Source: Guillardia theta CCMP2712
Lineage: Eukaryota; Protista; Cryptophyta
Direction: 5' to 3'
Length of the DNA: 64,000 bases
NCBI RefSeq assembly: GCF_000315625.1
Contig: NW_005434650.1
Span: 504,873 to 568,872, forward strand
Shown here: positions 10,853 through 23,425 of the stretch, one piece after another
How the letters are laid out: each line of letters starts with the position of its first letter
How positions within the stretch are numbered: position 1 is the stretch's first letter
Program-made: the position numbers and the translations under genes
The notes under the pieces: model-generated
Told to the model about the DNA's origin: nothing
The model's input: the letters and a program-made list of their open reading frames with translations, nothing else
The model's database searches: none

Positions 10853-12166
10853 ATGGTTGTCGGGACATTCTTCTACCTCCCCATCTTCCTCTTCTTCTTC
10901 ATGTCGGATGCAGCAGCAGCAACACCGGCAGCAGCAGCAGCCGGGAGGGACTGGGGAAACATCACCTTCGTCCACTGCGTCCAGCCTTACACATGGACGG
11001 AGCTTGTGCAGAACTACAAGACGAACAGCGTCTTCTTCAAGACTGGAGGGCTGGGAGAGCTGCAGAGGGAGGGGATCTATACATGGCAGTGCTTCAAGGA
11101 TCACTACTGCGCTACAGGCCCCGAGGACCCCTGGTTCTGCTTCGTGTACGACGAGGTCACTAGCAAGTTCATCCCATGGGGGCCAAACAGTGAGCTGCAG
11201 CTCGTCGTGCCTAGCGAGAGGAAATGGGAGGGATGCTCGTCGGAGATCGAGGCTCTTTCCAGACAGATCCAGCAGCTCAAGAACGAGTCGTCCTCGCTCA
11301 GACCCTCTTCGTGTGCCGGCAGCAGGCTGTACATCGCCGCCAACTCCACCATCATGTGCAGCCCGGGCTTCGGGGGCAACTCGGACGTTGGGTGCAAGCT
11401 CTGCCAGGAAGGCACTTACAGCGCTGAGATGCACCTGTGCCATTCCTTGTCAGCCACCATCCTTATCGACGGGCACACAAGGGGGAACGCGGCTGGGACT
11501 TCAGTGTGGATCGGAGGGGGCCTGAAGTTGTACCACGACGCCTCGTCCGGTAGCGGGAATCCTGACCGGATGTCGTACATCCTCCTCAAGCTAGGCTCCG
11601 CCCCAGCGGGCTGCTCCCTGAGTGCAAACAGCATCACAAAGGCGCAGATGAAACTTTATAAGACGTGGGATGGAAGCGCCGATGGCTGGAGCTGCTCAGA
11701 GCACAAGTACCAGATCCGTTTGGCGTCTGTTGGGAACCTGTCGGTCTACGACTCTACCCAGGTGGTGAGCTACATCGAGCAGAACTTTCCGTACTCCAGC
11801 GGGAAGCAGACAGACAGTCAGGGGATGTACGTCCTCGACAACGGCCAGCGGATCTCTACCTACTTCGATCTCAGCACTACGATCAACGTGTGGTATGACA
11901 TCGATGTCACCACCTTCATGAAGCAAGTCGTCCATCACTACGGGGACTCGCTCTCTGCCATCCTGTTGGAGTTGCGCTCTGTCAACGACGGCTGCTTGAC
12001 CGCGCTCTCCGCCAGTGGGGCCACCAGCCCGATCTTCAACATCGCTCTCAGTGACAGCAACGACGATGACATGATCTCAGTGCCGACCTCTTGCGTGCCT
12101 TGTCCGCCGAACTTCACGTCTCCAGCAGGGAGCAGCAGCATTCAAGCATGTAAAGCAGCCAATTGA
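10853..12166 (+). CDS. Intronless secreted protein: N-terminal aromatic-rich domain, short coiled coil, Cys-rich GCC2/GCC3-like repeat and DNRLRE/CBM96-like domain
   Basis: 437-aa ORF with signal peptide. 'CSPGF..CKLCQEGTYS' and 'CVPCPPNFTSPAGSSSIQAC' flank 'SYILLKL..ITKAQMKLY..WYDIDVTTFMKQ'. Confidence 0.75.
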   Translation: MVVGTFFYLPIFLFFFMSDAAAATPAAAAAGRDWGNITFVHCVQPYTWTELVQNYKTNSVFFKTGGLGELQREGIYTWQCFKDHYCATGPEDPWFCFVYDEVTSKFIPWGPNSELQLVVPSERKWEGCSSEIEALSRQIQQLKNESSSLRPSSCAGSRLYIAANSTIMCSPGFGGNSDVGCKLCQEGTYSAEMHLCHSLSATILIDGHTRGNAAGTSVWIGGGLKLYHDASSGSGNPDRMSYILLKLGSAPAGCSLSANSITKAQMKLYKTWDGSADGWSCSEHKYQIRLASVGNLSVYDSTQVVSYIEQNFPYSSGKQTDSQGMYVLDNGQRISTYFDLSTTINVWYDIDVTTFMKQVVHHYGDSLSAILLELRSVNDGCLTALSASGATSPIFNIALSDSNDDDMISVPTSCVPCPPNFTSPAGSSSIQACKAAN

Positions 12167-12467
12167 CAGGCTAGATGTGACCTGTGCCGATGTATCTATG
12201 AACCATCAAGTTGGATGCCCGACGTATGCTAGTCATGAAGCGACAGATCACTGTAGAATGAATGAAACGTCCAATAGAATCTCCGAATCTTCTGATCGAC
12301 AATGATAAAGAAAAAGCCTCCAAAGGAAGGTAGGTAGGTAGGGAGGTAGGTAGGTAGGGAGGGAGAGAGGGAGAGAGGGAGGGAGGGGAGGGAGGGAGGG
12401 AAGACGGGGAGGGAAGGAAGGGAGTGGAGTGGATGGATGGATGGATGGATGATGGATGGAGGAGAAG

Positions 12468-12567
12468 NNNNNNNNNNNNNNNNNNNNNNNNNNNNNNNNN
12501 NNNNNNNNNNNNNNNNNNNNNNNNNNNNNNNNNNNNNNNNNNNNNNNNNNNNNNNNNNNNNNNNNNN
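12468..12567. other. Assembly gap (100 N) flanked by (GGGA)n/(GGAT)n microsatellites
   Basis: N run. Confidence 1.
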
Positions 12568-14249
12568 GGGAGGGAGGGAGGGAGTGAGGGAGGGAGGGAG
12601 GGAGGGAGGGAGGGACGGAGGGACGGAGGGAGGGGAGGGAGGGGAGGGGAGGGAGGGCTTTTTGACGTCCGTTGAGTCTTAATAAAATTTTAACCTTCTG
12701 CGAACGCAACACCGATCACTGTCAGTAACTGACGTCGGGCCCGGGCGGCCCCGGCGACATAGTTGCCGGGTCCCGAGTCCAGTCAAAGACCGTACCGTAC
12801 GCTGATGGTACTACATGATTTACTCACCAGATACCACCGGTCATGGGCATCTTCGCTTAAAACCACCGGATTTTTCTATGGGTCGCCGAGTCATCCATGA
12901 CCCCACCCCAGCCCCTACCTCTACGTCCCTGGGGTCACTGAGCCCACCCCACCCCCTCGAAATGATTGACACGAAGGGATGCCGTCTTATGAACTATCAG
13001 TAGCACCACCCCGTCTTCCGAGTCTGCTAGACATGGTAGCGATGTGTCACCCATTGCCAAACGCACATCTTGAGATAAGCACAGAATGTTTGATTCACAT
13101 CCTAACATTTCAAGTTTTGCGAGTAAAAATTCAAAATATTTTTGAGCAACCCGAAACCAAATGTTTTCAGGTCACGTGACAGGTCTGACATTCGAAACGT
13201 ACAAATGACTGCCCGCAAGGTAAACTACCCCTACCCCCTCCTGCCCCACACACAGCAGCTGCAAAACAATCCTTTTACTTGTGTACTGTCACAGGTAATG
13301 TACTTCCCGCGTCTGTACTGCGGTTTGAGTAATCTTATAACACATGTAAGTAATAGGTCGTACCAGGTTGTGTACTGCTGCAGGGATCCCAGGCCCCAAG
13401 TATTTTGGGCGGACGGAGGAGATATCCACACGCTGGAGGGGGTGGTGGTGGGTACGAGGTCCTTCAAGAAGCCCTTTTTACGGCTTATTCAAAGGGTGGG
13501 GGGTCATATTACCAGGGTACGTATGGTGCTTTTTACTTGGGGGTGGGTTGGTGCCAATGCCTAAAGAGTCAAAGTGGAACCGGGTGGGTGGTCTGTCGCA
13601 ATCCTAGAGGCCTGGGTAGTGGGCTGGTCCGATGGAGGGGTGGGTCTGCTTAAAGGGATCCTGCAGGTGAGGGACCCCCCAACCCCCACTTGTTTGGCTG
13701 GAGCACTGACATTTGATGGTCAAAATTAGTAATCAGTGAACCCTGGAGGTGGGTGGGCCAATTACAATCCTTGTAAGACGATTTCACCGGTACATATGAA
13801 CTGAGAGATGGGGGTAGGGGTCCAACAGCTGCAGGGATTGAGAGCTCCCCAATTTGAACTGAAGGACGAAGGGGGTGGGGTGATTGAAACCCTTCGGTTG
13901 AAGGGGTTTGTGTCCCATTGTCGAAGGGGGTCGGGGTACCTTTGGACACCCGTACTAAATGGCTTCAAAGTGGACTCGATCAGGGGGGTTGGACCAAAAA
14001 TGGACGGGGATGAGGCCGTTTGAGTAATCATCGAAGGAAAGACAGACGATCAGGGGGTGGGGGTACACATTGAGACATTGCGGAGGGGTCCTGATGAAGG
14101 GGGTGGGGGGTGGGAGCCAGGGGGTAGGAGTAGAGGGGAGGGGTACAATGATGAATGGAAGTAGAGTGGAACTTACGGCATGGCACGGAAAATCGGAGAC
14201 AGGATGAAGCTGAGATGAAGGAGTTTGAGGACAGAGAGAAAGAAAAGAG

Positions 14250-14370
14250 GAGGAGGAAGATCCGAGATACAGGATAGAGAGAGAGGACAGAGGCGGAGGA
14301 AGATCTGAGATACAGGATAGAGAGAGAGGACAGAGGAGGAAGAAGATCCGAGATACAGGATAGAGAGAGA
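14250..14370 (+). repeat. 43-bp tandem repeat, about 3 copies
   Basis: GATCYGAGATACAGGATAGAGAGAGA... begins at 14259, 14302 and 14345. Confidence 0.9.
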
Positions 14371-14787
14371 ACAACTTGGAGAGGAGAGAGCTGTTTTGAG
14401 AAGCGATTTAGATGGTGGGTTTGAGCCGAAGGAGGACACTCGCAGAAGCTGTACCAAGAGGAAGAAATGGCGAGATCTTGAATCCTGCTCCTTCATATGG
14501 TTTGAGAAGAATGTAGGGAAGGTATAGAGATAGGGGAAGTTGAAGCTGAAGGCAGTATTTCATGATAAGTGTGGTGTTTCATGGAATCGAAGAGCATATG
14601 GAATCGGATCTGAACTAGGATTGTGAATGATACTACCATCGAACATGGCCTGTGATGAACGAGCATGTGCTAGATGATAGTCCAATTATGATACTATATT
14701 GAAGACGTTCGATAAGCCTTTAACGCGTTTCTTTGGCAGACTTTGGCAGCGCATTGAACTCCAACTCCTTTCCCTGAGAAACTTCCG

Positions 14788-16160
14788 ATGGCGAAGACAG
14801 GAGCGCTCGCCCATGACCAGAATACGGCCAAATTTGCAGCCAAAGGAAGCAATTTCAACACTGAAGACGATGGTCTGAAGCTACCTGCTGTCCCTTCCGC
14901 GGACTCGCTGGAGTCTCTGGCGTCTACTTCGTCGCCAGCTCCTTCCCCAACCCTCCAGGCCAAGAAGGCCTCCGATCATACGACGGGCAAGCTCGGGAGC
15001 CTTCCAGTGCTAGTGAACGAGGACATAGAGGCGGCGAGGAACGAGTGGCTGTTCAACCCTCCCAGGTTTATGATCGAGGGCATCAAGACTCTGCTGATCG
15101 ATGAGCGTGACTTACCAATGGCCCTGGCGTTCTTCAACATCATCGTGACGACGCTTCCAGCGGCTGCAGCAGTGTTCTACTTGCAGTCTCATGTTTTCGG
15201 CCTCCTCTACGTCGTAACCAACCTGATAACATACCAAGAGCGCTTCATCCTCGGTGCCTGCAGCTCTGATCTTATCCTTCACCCGACCCTGACTTTTCTT
15301 TTCCCAGGCCTTCACTATAGCTCACACCGTGCCATCTTCAAGTACTCGGCCTTGAACCTCATTCCCCCGTATCTTCTGTCGCCGTTCTTCGGCATCCCCA
15401 GCGGGATCTACTACCTGCACCATTGCGTCATGCACCATGTGGAGAACAACGTCTTCCCCTATGACGTTAGCTCCACCGAGCCCTTCCAGCGCGACAACTT
15501 CGGCCATCTGATCTTCTACTGGCTTCGCTTCTTGATCGCCATATGGTTCGAGCTCCCTTACTACGCACTGAGGAGGCAGCGATATGGCCTGGCATTCCAC
15601 TGCGTTTCCTGTATCGGATTCTTCATGGTGACCACTTCGGCCCTGTACAAGATGAGTCCGGTGGGGACCATGTGGGTGTTCTGGATCTACACCTTTGTTA
15701 CCTCCTTCCTCCTCATGCTGGGTAACTGGAGCCAGCACATCTTCGTGAGCCCGCGGAACCCGAACAGCAACTACCTCCTCGCCTACAACGTGATCAACGT
15801 CTCCAGCAACCAGCGCTGCTTCAATGTGAGCCAGTGCTAGTTGCGACCTTGTTCTTTCCGTTCTGACTCTCCTTGCTGCAGGATGGATATCACGTGGAGC
15901 ATCACCTTCACTCCCGGAAACACTGGAGCGAGCTGCCTACCAGCTTCATGCGCTCGCTGGACAAGTACGCCAAGGAGGGCGGGCTGGTCTTCGAGGGCAT
16001 CGACAACATGGCGGTCGGGTACCTTACGTTCAGCGGCCAGCTCGACAAGCTCGCCGAGCACTACGTGCAGCTCGGGCCGGTGGAGTGGACGAAGGAGGAG
16101 ATAGTGGCGGAGCTCAAGAGCCGCCTCGTGCCCATCCATCGCAAGCCGAAGACGAGCTGA
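14788..16160 (+). CDS. Membrane fatty acid desaturase-family protein (2 introns)
   Basis: Three His boxes: HYSSH, HHCVMHH, HVEHH. Transmembrane segments present. Splicing joins ERFILG|LHYSSHR and CFN|DGYHVEHH. Confidence 0.9.
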
Positions 16161-16327
16161 GAGTTCAGTTGGGCAAGGAGCAGTAGGAGAAGCAAAGGAG
16201 CCAACTGTACAATAAGAGGAGGAGAGGGAGGAGTAGCGAAAGGAAAAGGAGCGGCGGGCTGAGGGAGGAGAGAGGATGGTACTGACACTGGAGGATGATT
16301 GATAGAGATTGATTGAAACTCAAGGGG

Positions 16328-17224
16328 TCATCTCCTGCCCTCACTGCTGCCCCGTCCTGTCGCTGCACTGGTTGCATTGCCATAGCCACCGCGTCCTGAC
16401 CCCACGATCTTCTCGAGGACGGACAAGCGGTCCGCCGTGTGCCGCTCCTCGGAGATGACCAGGTAGCAGGAGGCCAGCAGTTGCAGAAGCTCGTCCCAGC
16501 TCCGCCCCTCCGTCACGCTCTCTACTGTCTCCTTCATGAAGGACGCCTGCCATGCGGTCAGAGCGCAGGCGGGAGGTGAGAGTGGGGATGAAGACAAAAA
16601 GGGGATGAAGGGGTAAGAAGAAGAAGGAAGTCGTGAGGGAAGCAGAGGTGAGGAGTGGGCAGGGGGAGAGGGAGGGAGGGAGGGAGGGAGGGAGGGAGGG
16701 AGGGAGGGAGGGAGGGAGGGAGGGAGGGAGGGAGGGAGGGAGGACTTCCTACCAGGTTCTCTACGAGCTGAGGATCGTTCTCAGTGCGCATGTTGCTGAT
16801 GTTGTTCATCTCTTCCGCCTCCTTGGGTTTCTGCGAGGCGTCAACGAGTTGCAGCTGACAGCAGGCAGCACGTCACCTCTGCCATCGCTGCATCCCCCAA
16901 GCCCTCGCCATCCGCTGCCGGTTCCTCGAGCTTCTGCTTCTTCTGTGCCTGGTCAGAGTTCAGATCGCCGAGGAGCAGGCATGGGAGGGGAGGTTCAACC
17001 GATTCCTGCACAGAGGGCTCGGTGCTGAGTTGCCTCTTCCTGTGCTGCTGCTGCTCAACCTGCTGCTGCTCAACCTGCTGCTGCTCCCAGCACCAGGTAG
17101 CGTTGAGGTCAGCAGCCCGTAGGGTGAGGATGGTTGGGTAAGTCGTCTTGGGTAGAGGTTCTGCGAGGAAGCTGGCTTCGTTGAGGACGCTCGTGATGAT
17201 TGCCTGCTCGACTGTGAGCAGCGC

Positions 17225-17305
<81 letters not shown>

Positions 17306-20300
17306 GGGAGCAGAGATGGAAAACAAGGCAGGAAAGGAGGATGCACATGCTCAATGGGACCAGGAGGTCATACCTCAACCCACTGATCAGTTCCCATCAC
17401 GTTTCGCTTCACTCGGATCAGCGCGTCCGTCCTGATCCTGTTGCCCGACTTCGTATCCCCCGCCGCATGCCCGTCCGCGCCGACCGCCGGCATCCTCTTG
17501 CTCGCAGGCTGAGGGTGGGGGGCCGCGGGGCGGGCGATTTGATCGCACTCGATGTCGAAGTTGTACTTGGTGACTATTCGCTCCCCCTCCTTCACCTGCC
17601 ACCAGACGTCAACACAGCCTGCGGCTCCGGTCGCCCTGAGCTCACCAGGTGGGAGTCAACCTTCTCCCAGCACTCCTCCGCCTCGTCGCAGAGGCTGTTG
17701 GCCTTGCTGCAGATCATGTCGTTGAACCTCTGCGCCGCCTGCTGGTCCGCCAGGCTCTTCGCCCTCTGGCTGTCCAGTGCCGCCTGAGCCGACGGCCATC
17801 GCCACTCCTTGTTCTCCTGGTCGGGGGAGTAGATGTCCTTCCACTCGCCCTTCTCCTTCAGGTTCTCGATCACGATGTGGACCTCGAACTTGGCGATCTT
17901 CAGGGCAAGTCAGCTGGGCTGCTCCTCGGGCAGTGGCTCTCACCTTGTCGGGGTACAGCGGGTCGCCGACGACGTTGATCACCCGGCCCGGCACCCACTC
18001 GTTCTCGAACGTCTCCGTGTCTTGGACTTCGATCTCTAGGATCGCCCCGATCTTGAGCACGCGCTCCTGCGACAGCGGGATGACGTACGGTCGCGACCTC
18101 GACGTGTCCTGCTGCCCCAAGAGGGCGGAGGAGCTGCCGTCCTCGCTCGCCATGGCGGCCGCCCGCGAGCCTCCGAGTCCTGGGAGCGGGTGAGAGGCAG
18201 GAATGGCAGGTGGAGGGCAAGACCGTCAGGGTTGTTGAAGCGGATGGCGTTGTCGCGGATCAGGTAGATCCTCTGCATGAAATGCGACTTACACCGGACG
18301 ATCTTCGAGTCGATGTCGAAGAGCATCGTCGCGAGGTCCATCGGGTGAGCGATGCAGGCCTTGTAGCTCTCCCGCACGTGCTCGGGAACGTGGGTCTGCT
18401 GGACGACCTGGAGGGCAGGTGAGGAGGCTGGAGGAAAGGAGGGAGAGGATCAACCGGGGACGAGAAATCCTTGAACTTCTTGTTCTGGTACAACTTGAGG
18501 CAAATCTCCCGCATCTTCACCCTCAGCCCGCGCATGGTCTTCTTGTCGCGCTCAATCTGCTGCGGGTCCAACAGCTCCGGGACCGCCTGCCACCTCACGG
18601 GCGTATCGTCCTTCTCGAGCTCCTCGTAGCTGAGCTGCTCCTCCTCCCTCCTCATCTCCCACCTCTTGACATCCCGCACGAGAGGGGAGAAGAACTTGCG
18701 ACGATGTTCCACCGTCGGTGGGTTCAGCTGGTGAGCATGGGAGAGGTTGAAGATCCTTGAGAACTTCATGAGCTGGAGAATGTCGTAGTCCCTCTCAGCA
18801 TCAGCCGTCGCAAGCAGTAGGACAGGATGTGAAGCAGGAAGGTTGTACAAGGATGTATCCAGACACGTTCTCAGTCCGTCCGACGCCGACTTCCACCACC
18901 TGGGAGAACAGCCCGCGGTCAGGCTCGTACCGAAGCTCTTGTTTCTCCTCTTCCTCCCCCGGCCCCCCTACCTTACCGCGCCGCCTCCCCCTCCCCCTCC
19001 TCCTCACACCTGTGAAAGTCCGGGAGGAAGAGGATCGACGGTGCTCGGTTGCGAGCCTCCGCAAACTTGGACACAAGGGCCTCCTCGAGCGTCTTCACGT
19101 CTCCGCTCCCAGTGGAGGTATGAAGGTCTTGCAGCCCGATCCCGAACGTCGGCATCGGGTCAAGCGCCTGGATGAGAGCTCTTGCCACGTGGTTCTGCGC
19201 GTCCCCTGCCCTGCCCCACAGTAGGACTCTCGGTCGGTACACCACGTCCATTCCCCTGAATGAAGCAAGGTTCTGTATCTCGAAGTCCCCCGCGTACACA
19301 GCGTGCTTGCTGGAGCTGGCTGTGGGGTTGCTGCCGTTGGCCGGATCGCCGCCGCTGTCCGTGACGGCATCAGCGTTCGCTTTCGCTCCCTCCCTGACTC
19401 CCTCCTCCTCCTCCTCCTCCTCCTCCTCCTCCTCCCCAGTCTTGAACTGATTTCGCATCTCGTCGACCGTGTGTTTCAGTCGATACAGGGATGGTTTGCC
19501 CAGTGGAAAAACTTCGCAGAGCCGCTCGAAGGACTTGACGAGGTCACCGTAGAGAGGGTCCAGCAGCGAGTTGGGCAGGGTGACGCCAAGGGAGCTGCAC
19601 AGGCGATCAGAGCAGGGAGAGAGAAGGAGGGTTCTCACGGGGCTGATCGACGCGACGAGCACTTGATGGTCGCCATGGCCTCCTTGAAGTCTTCCTCCGT
19701 CACGAACAGCTTGTCCTTGTCGATCTTTAGCCGATAGTCTTGCGTGTAGATCTGTGTTGACAGGCTTTCAGCGCATCTTGCTCGCTGTTCCTCCACCTCT
19801 CACCTGTGGGAACGTGCGGCGGAGGGCCCGGATGCCAGCCTCCGTACATAGAGCCTTGAGATCCGCTCCTCCGAACCCCACGCAAGCGTTCGCTGCTTGC
19901 TCAATGCACTTCTTGGAGAGCGGAGGCTTCCAGTCTTTGGTGTAAATCTGAGGTGGGCAGCGATCAGACTAGCTGGTCGACATGGAGGGGTCAGCCTGAC
20001 CTCTAGGATCTTGGCTCTTGCGGCAGCATCAGGGAGAGGAAAGTAGAACTCTCGGTCGAACCTCCCCGGCCTGCGTAGCGCCGGATCGACCTGTCGGAGG
20101 AGCCGTGAGTGCCGGAGGAGAGGAGGATGGAGAGCGACGTCACCGCATCCGGCCTGTTGGTCGCTCCGATGAGGACCACCATCCCTCGCTTGTCAAGGCC
20201 GTCCATGAGGGCGAGGAGAGTGCTGACTATGGAGGAGTGAATCTGGTCCTGCCTAGAGCTCCTGACTGGGGCCAGCCCGTCTATCTCGTCAAAGAAGATG

Positions 20301-22556
20301 ATAGAGGGCTGGGTGAACGTTCAGGATCATCGGGTGCGAGGGCAAGTCGCCGTTACCTGCAGTCGGGCAGCCTCCGCAAACAGCAACCTCAGTTGTCTCT
20401 CAGCCTCTCCGTGGTACTTGCTGAGGCAGTCGGCTCCCTTGCGCATAAAGAATGAGATCTTCTGCGATCCCTGGCTGCACGAGTTTGCTAGCGCCTGCAA
20501 GGAAGTCACCCACGCACCATCCCGGCAGGCCTTGGAAGTTACCCGAGCCATCATCGTCTTCCCTGTCCCGGGAGGTCCATGGAACAGAACTCCTCCGGGT
20601 GCCTTGATCCCCAACTTGGAGAAAATCTCGGGGTAAGTGAGCGGGAGGAAGACGCTTTCCTTGAGACTCTTGATGTGAGCGTCAAGGCCCCCGATCGACT
20701 CGAACGAAACCTGTTGATCAACCACGTGAGGAGCGGGGCACTTTCAGAAGCACGCATCCTCCTGCGGGACTCACCGACTGGTCGATGGACATAGGGCTTA
20801 TGTCCGCGTTGATCGGCTTCACTTCCCCGTCCTCCGTGTAACCCTGGTTGCTCTTCACCTTGCCTGCATCGACCGTCAGCTAGTCAAGCAGCGAATAGCG
20901 ACAGGACGTACTTCCATTTTGGTCATCGTCAGAGGAGGAGCCTGCGCGACCGTTGGCCCCTCCAGACTTCAACATCTTGAGCTGCTTGGTCCACCCGGCC
21001 GACAGAGGCACATCCTCCCCGGAGTGAGAAGCATCAGTTTCAAACACTCTGCATGCGTCACGTTGGTTTCAGCTGTCACACACACGAGCACAACGAGGGC
21101 ACCTCAACTTCTTCCCACACTCGGTGACTACAGTACTCCTCCTGGTCCAGACACCAGCGTTTTCCTTGCCCCCACCCTTCCCACGACTCTTCTCTAGGGA
21201 GTCCTTTACGTACAGGGACAGGCTGTCAGACGTGTTCCTGCGATTGTGCCTGGCCGGGGGTTAGCTTGCGCTATCATGATCTCTTCCGCGTAGATTTGAG
21301 GACGAGAACGATGCTCGCGCAATCGGTAACTTGCAACCAGGAGATCAGTGACGGAAGGACAGTCGCCAGCACTTACCCCCTCTCCTGCTCGGGCTCCACA
21401 TATCCGCTGTCGTTGGAGTCGCTGGCATGGCTATCTTTGCCGTTGATGACGCGAGAGTCGTCAAGATCTCGTCGCCGGGTCCTGCAAACCATCGGCAACC
21501 CAGTTACCGCACCACTCCCAATCCCAACCATCCTCCGCTGTACCTGCGGAAACTTCGACCGTCAGCGCTGCCACCGTTAGCATCCCCATTCGTGACGGCG
21601 GGATCTTCAAGGAACACAGTCAGCCAACAGCCTCTGCCTCGTCTATCCGAGGATTCTCACCGCTCCCGGGGTGCAGAAGCTGGTACAGGGTACTGTCTTG
21701 CTCACATAATTCCATAAACCGCTTCTTGCACTTGGCAGCCAGCCCATGGACATAGTTGTCCGGGGGGTTATACTGCATGGCGTTGTCGAAGGTCAAGATG
21801 ACATCGTCTCTGTACTCAAAGAAGCTCTTGTAAGAGTGCCGCTTCAAGTTCGTCTGGATCGTCCCCAGGTCCATGGGGCGCTTGATGACATCGAAGTAGT
21901 CATTGAGGCCGAGACTCTTCGCATCCACCTACACGCCGGCATTAAAGTTAGAGGAAGGGCAGCAGGAGCTCAGGAGGGTCGCGTGCTCTCACAGGCTCAC
22001 TGAAGATCGAGTCACACTCCTTGTTCTTGAGCAAAGTCCTGATGATCTGTGACGCACTGACCGTCCACGCCGCCGCCTCGTCGCCGTTCGGCATGCACCG
22101 CGACTTGATCTTGCCTGAAGCAGGATGGGACTGACGTGTATCCGGCATGGATGTCCTCTTTCCTTGCGGCTCCTGCGTCACATGCCTGGATCTCGTGGCC
22201 CGAGACGGAGCGTCGTCGTTTGCTAGGTCATGGAGCTCGTCCTCCAATGTATCCTCTTCATTCTCATCGCCATCATTCTCGGGTTCACTCTCCTCCTCTT
22301 CATCGTCCTCGTCTCCATCGTTCTCCTCCATCTCAGCGTCTGCCTCGCCCTCCCCATCGAAGTCGCTGTCGTCACTTATTTTCCTCCCTCTCTTCCTGGT
22401 ACTCGGGACCAGCTCTCCGTCATCGCTGTCATCTACATCGCTCTCTGCATTTCTCCTCAGCCTTGTTCGGGTTCCTCTCGTCTCCCTTCCTCCTCTTGTC
22501 TCCCTCCCTCCTCTCCCGTCCTCATCGTCCTCCTCCCTTCCCCCTCGTCTACCCAT
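16328..22556 (-). CDS. ATAD2: ATAD2/Yta7-like AAA+ ATPase with bromodomains (multi-exon)
   Basis: Acidic N-terminus. Bromodomain 'DYFDVIKRPMDLGTI..NAMQYNP'. AAA1 'GVLFHGPPGTGKT..FFMRKGADCLSKYHGEAERQLRLLFAEA..IGATNRPD'. Degenerate AAA2 'YRPRVLL..EARNRAPSILFLP'. Second bromodomain 'IAHPMDLATM..RDNAIRFN'. ATAD2-like C-terminal helix bundle. Confidence 0.92.
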
Positions 22557-23425
22557 TGCGCGCGCTTTCAACCCCCACCCCAATCCGATACCACCCCTGC
22601 CTTCAAGACCCCACCCATGTGAATACCCCACCCTCTCAAAACCCTCAACTCCCTCTTCCACATCACACCAAAACCAAACGTACCCCACCCTCCATCTCGA
22701 AAGTACCACCCTACCTTATATTGGCATATGAAAACACCCGACCAATTCCCTGTCTGCTATCTACACGGGAGCTACGAGGCCAACCACGAACTACCCCACC
22801 TTGCAGATTAAATGTATTTCAACTACCTACCCGTGCTTCACATCAATGGGGTGGGTGGGTTGAGAAAGTACAGGGGTAGTCAGCCATTCAGACTTCCCCT
22901 CCATCAACCAAGAATTTACGCGGGAGAATTCAAAATTGAACAAAATTTGAAATGTACCCTGAATATTTCAAAATTGTAATCAGAATTTGGAGTGAGTGGG
23001 AGCGATGGACAAAAGAAATAACAAAATTTACGTATGTAACTTGAAATTTACAGAGGACAAGATTGAGGGAATACTAACAAGTTTTCGAAGGCGATCAGGG
23101 TCTCCCTGTTGACCACCAAAAACTTATTGAGACTGAAACTAGATGTGGGTCAACGACCTCATCAGAATTTGGCGGGAATTCAGAACGACAAAGTCTTTTA
23201 AAAAAAACTTGTAAAAGTCTGTAAAACTTTGAACAGCGGGCCCGGACGAACAGTGTTCGGCGTGACCGACTACTCAGTGATTGAGCGGTTCAAGTGGACC
23301 GTCGGACGGCGGCCCGGGTAACTCCTATTCCCTCCCGGGCCGGATGAAAAAGATGATAGGGTAGCCAGACACGTTAGTCCAGATGCAAGTTCATTGTCGT
23401 CACAGTATGCTACGTATGCTACAGA

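Noticed and set aside
12815-14500. Short Gly/Pro-rich ORFs
   Set aside because: They arise from intergenic G-tract motifs and tandem repeats and show no coding signature.
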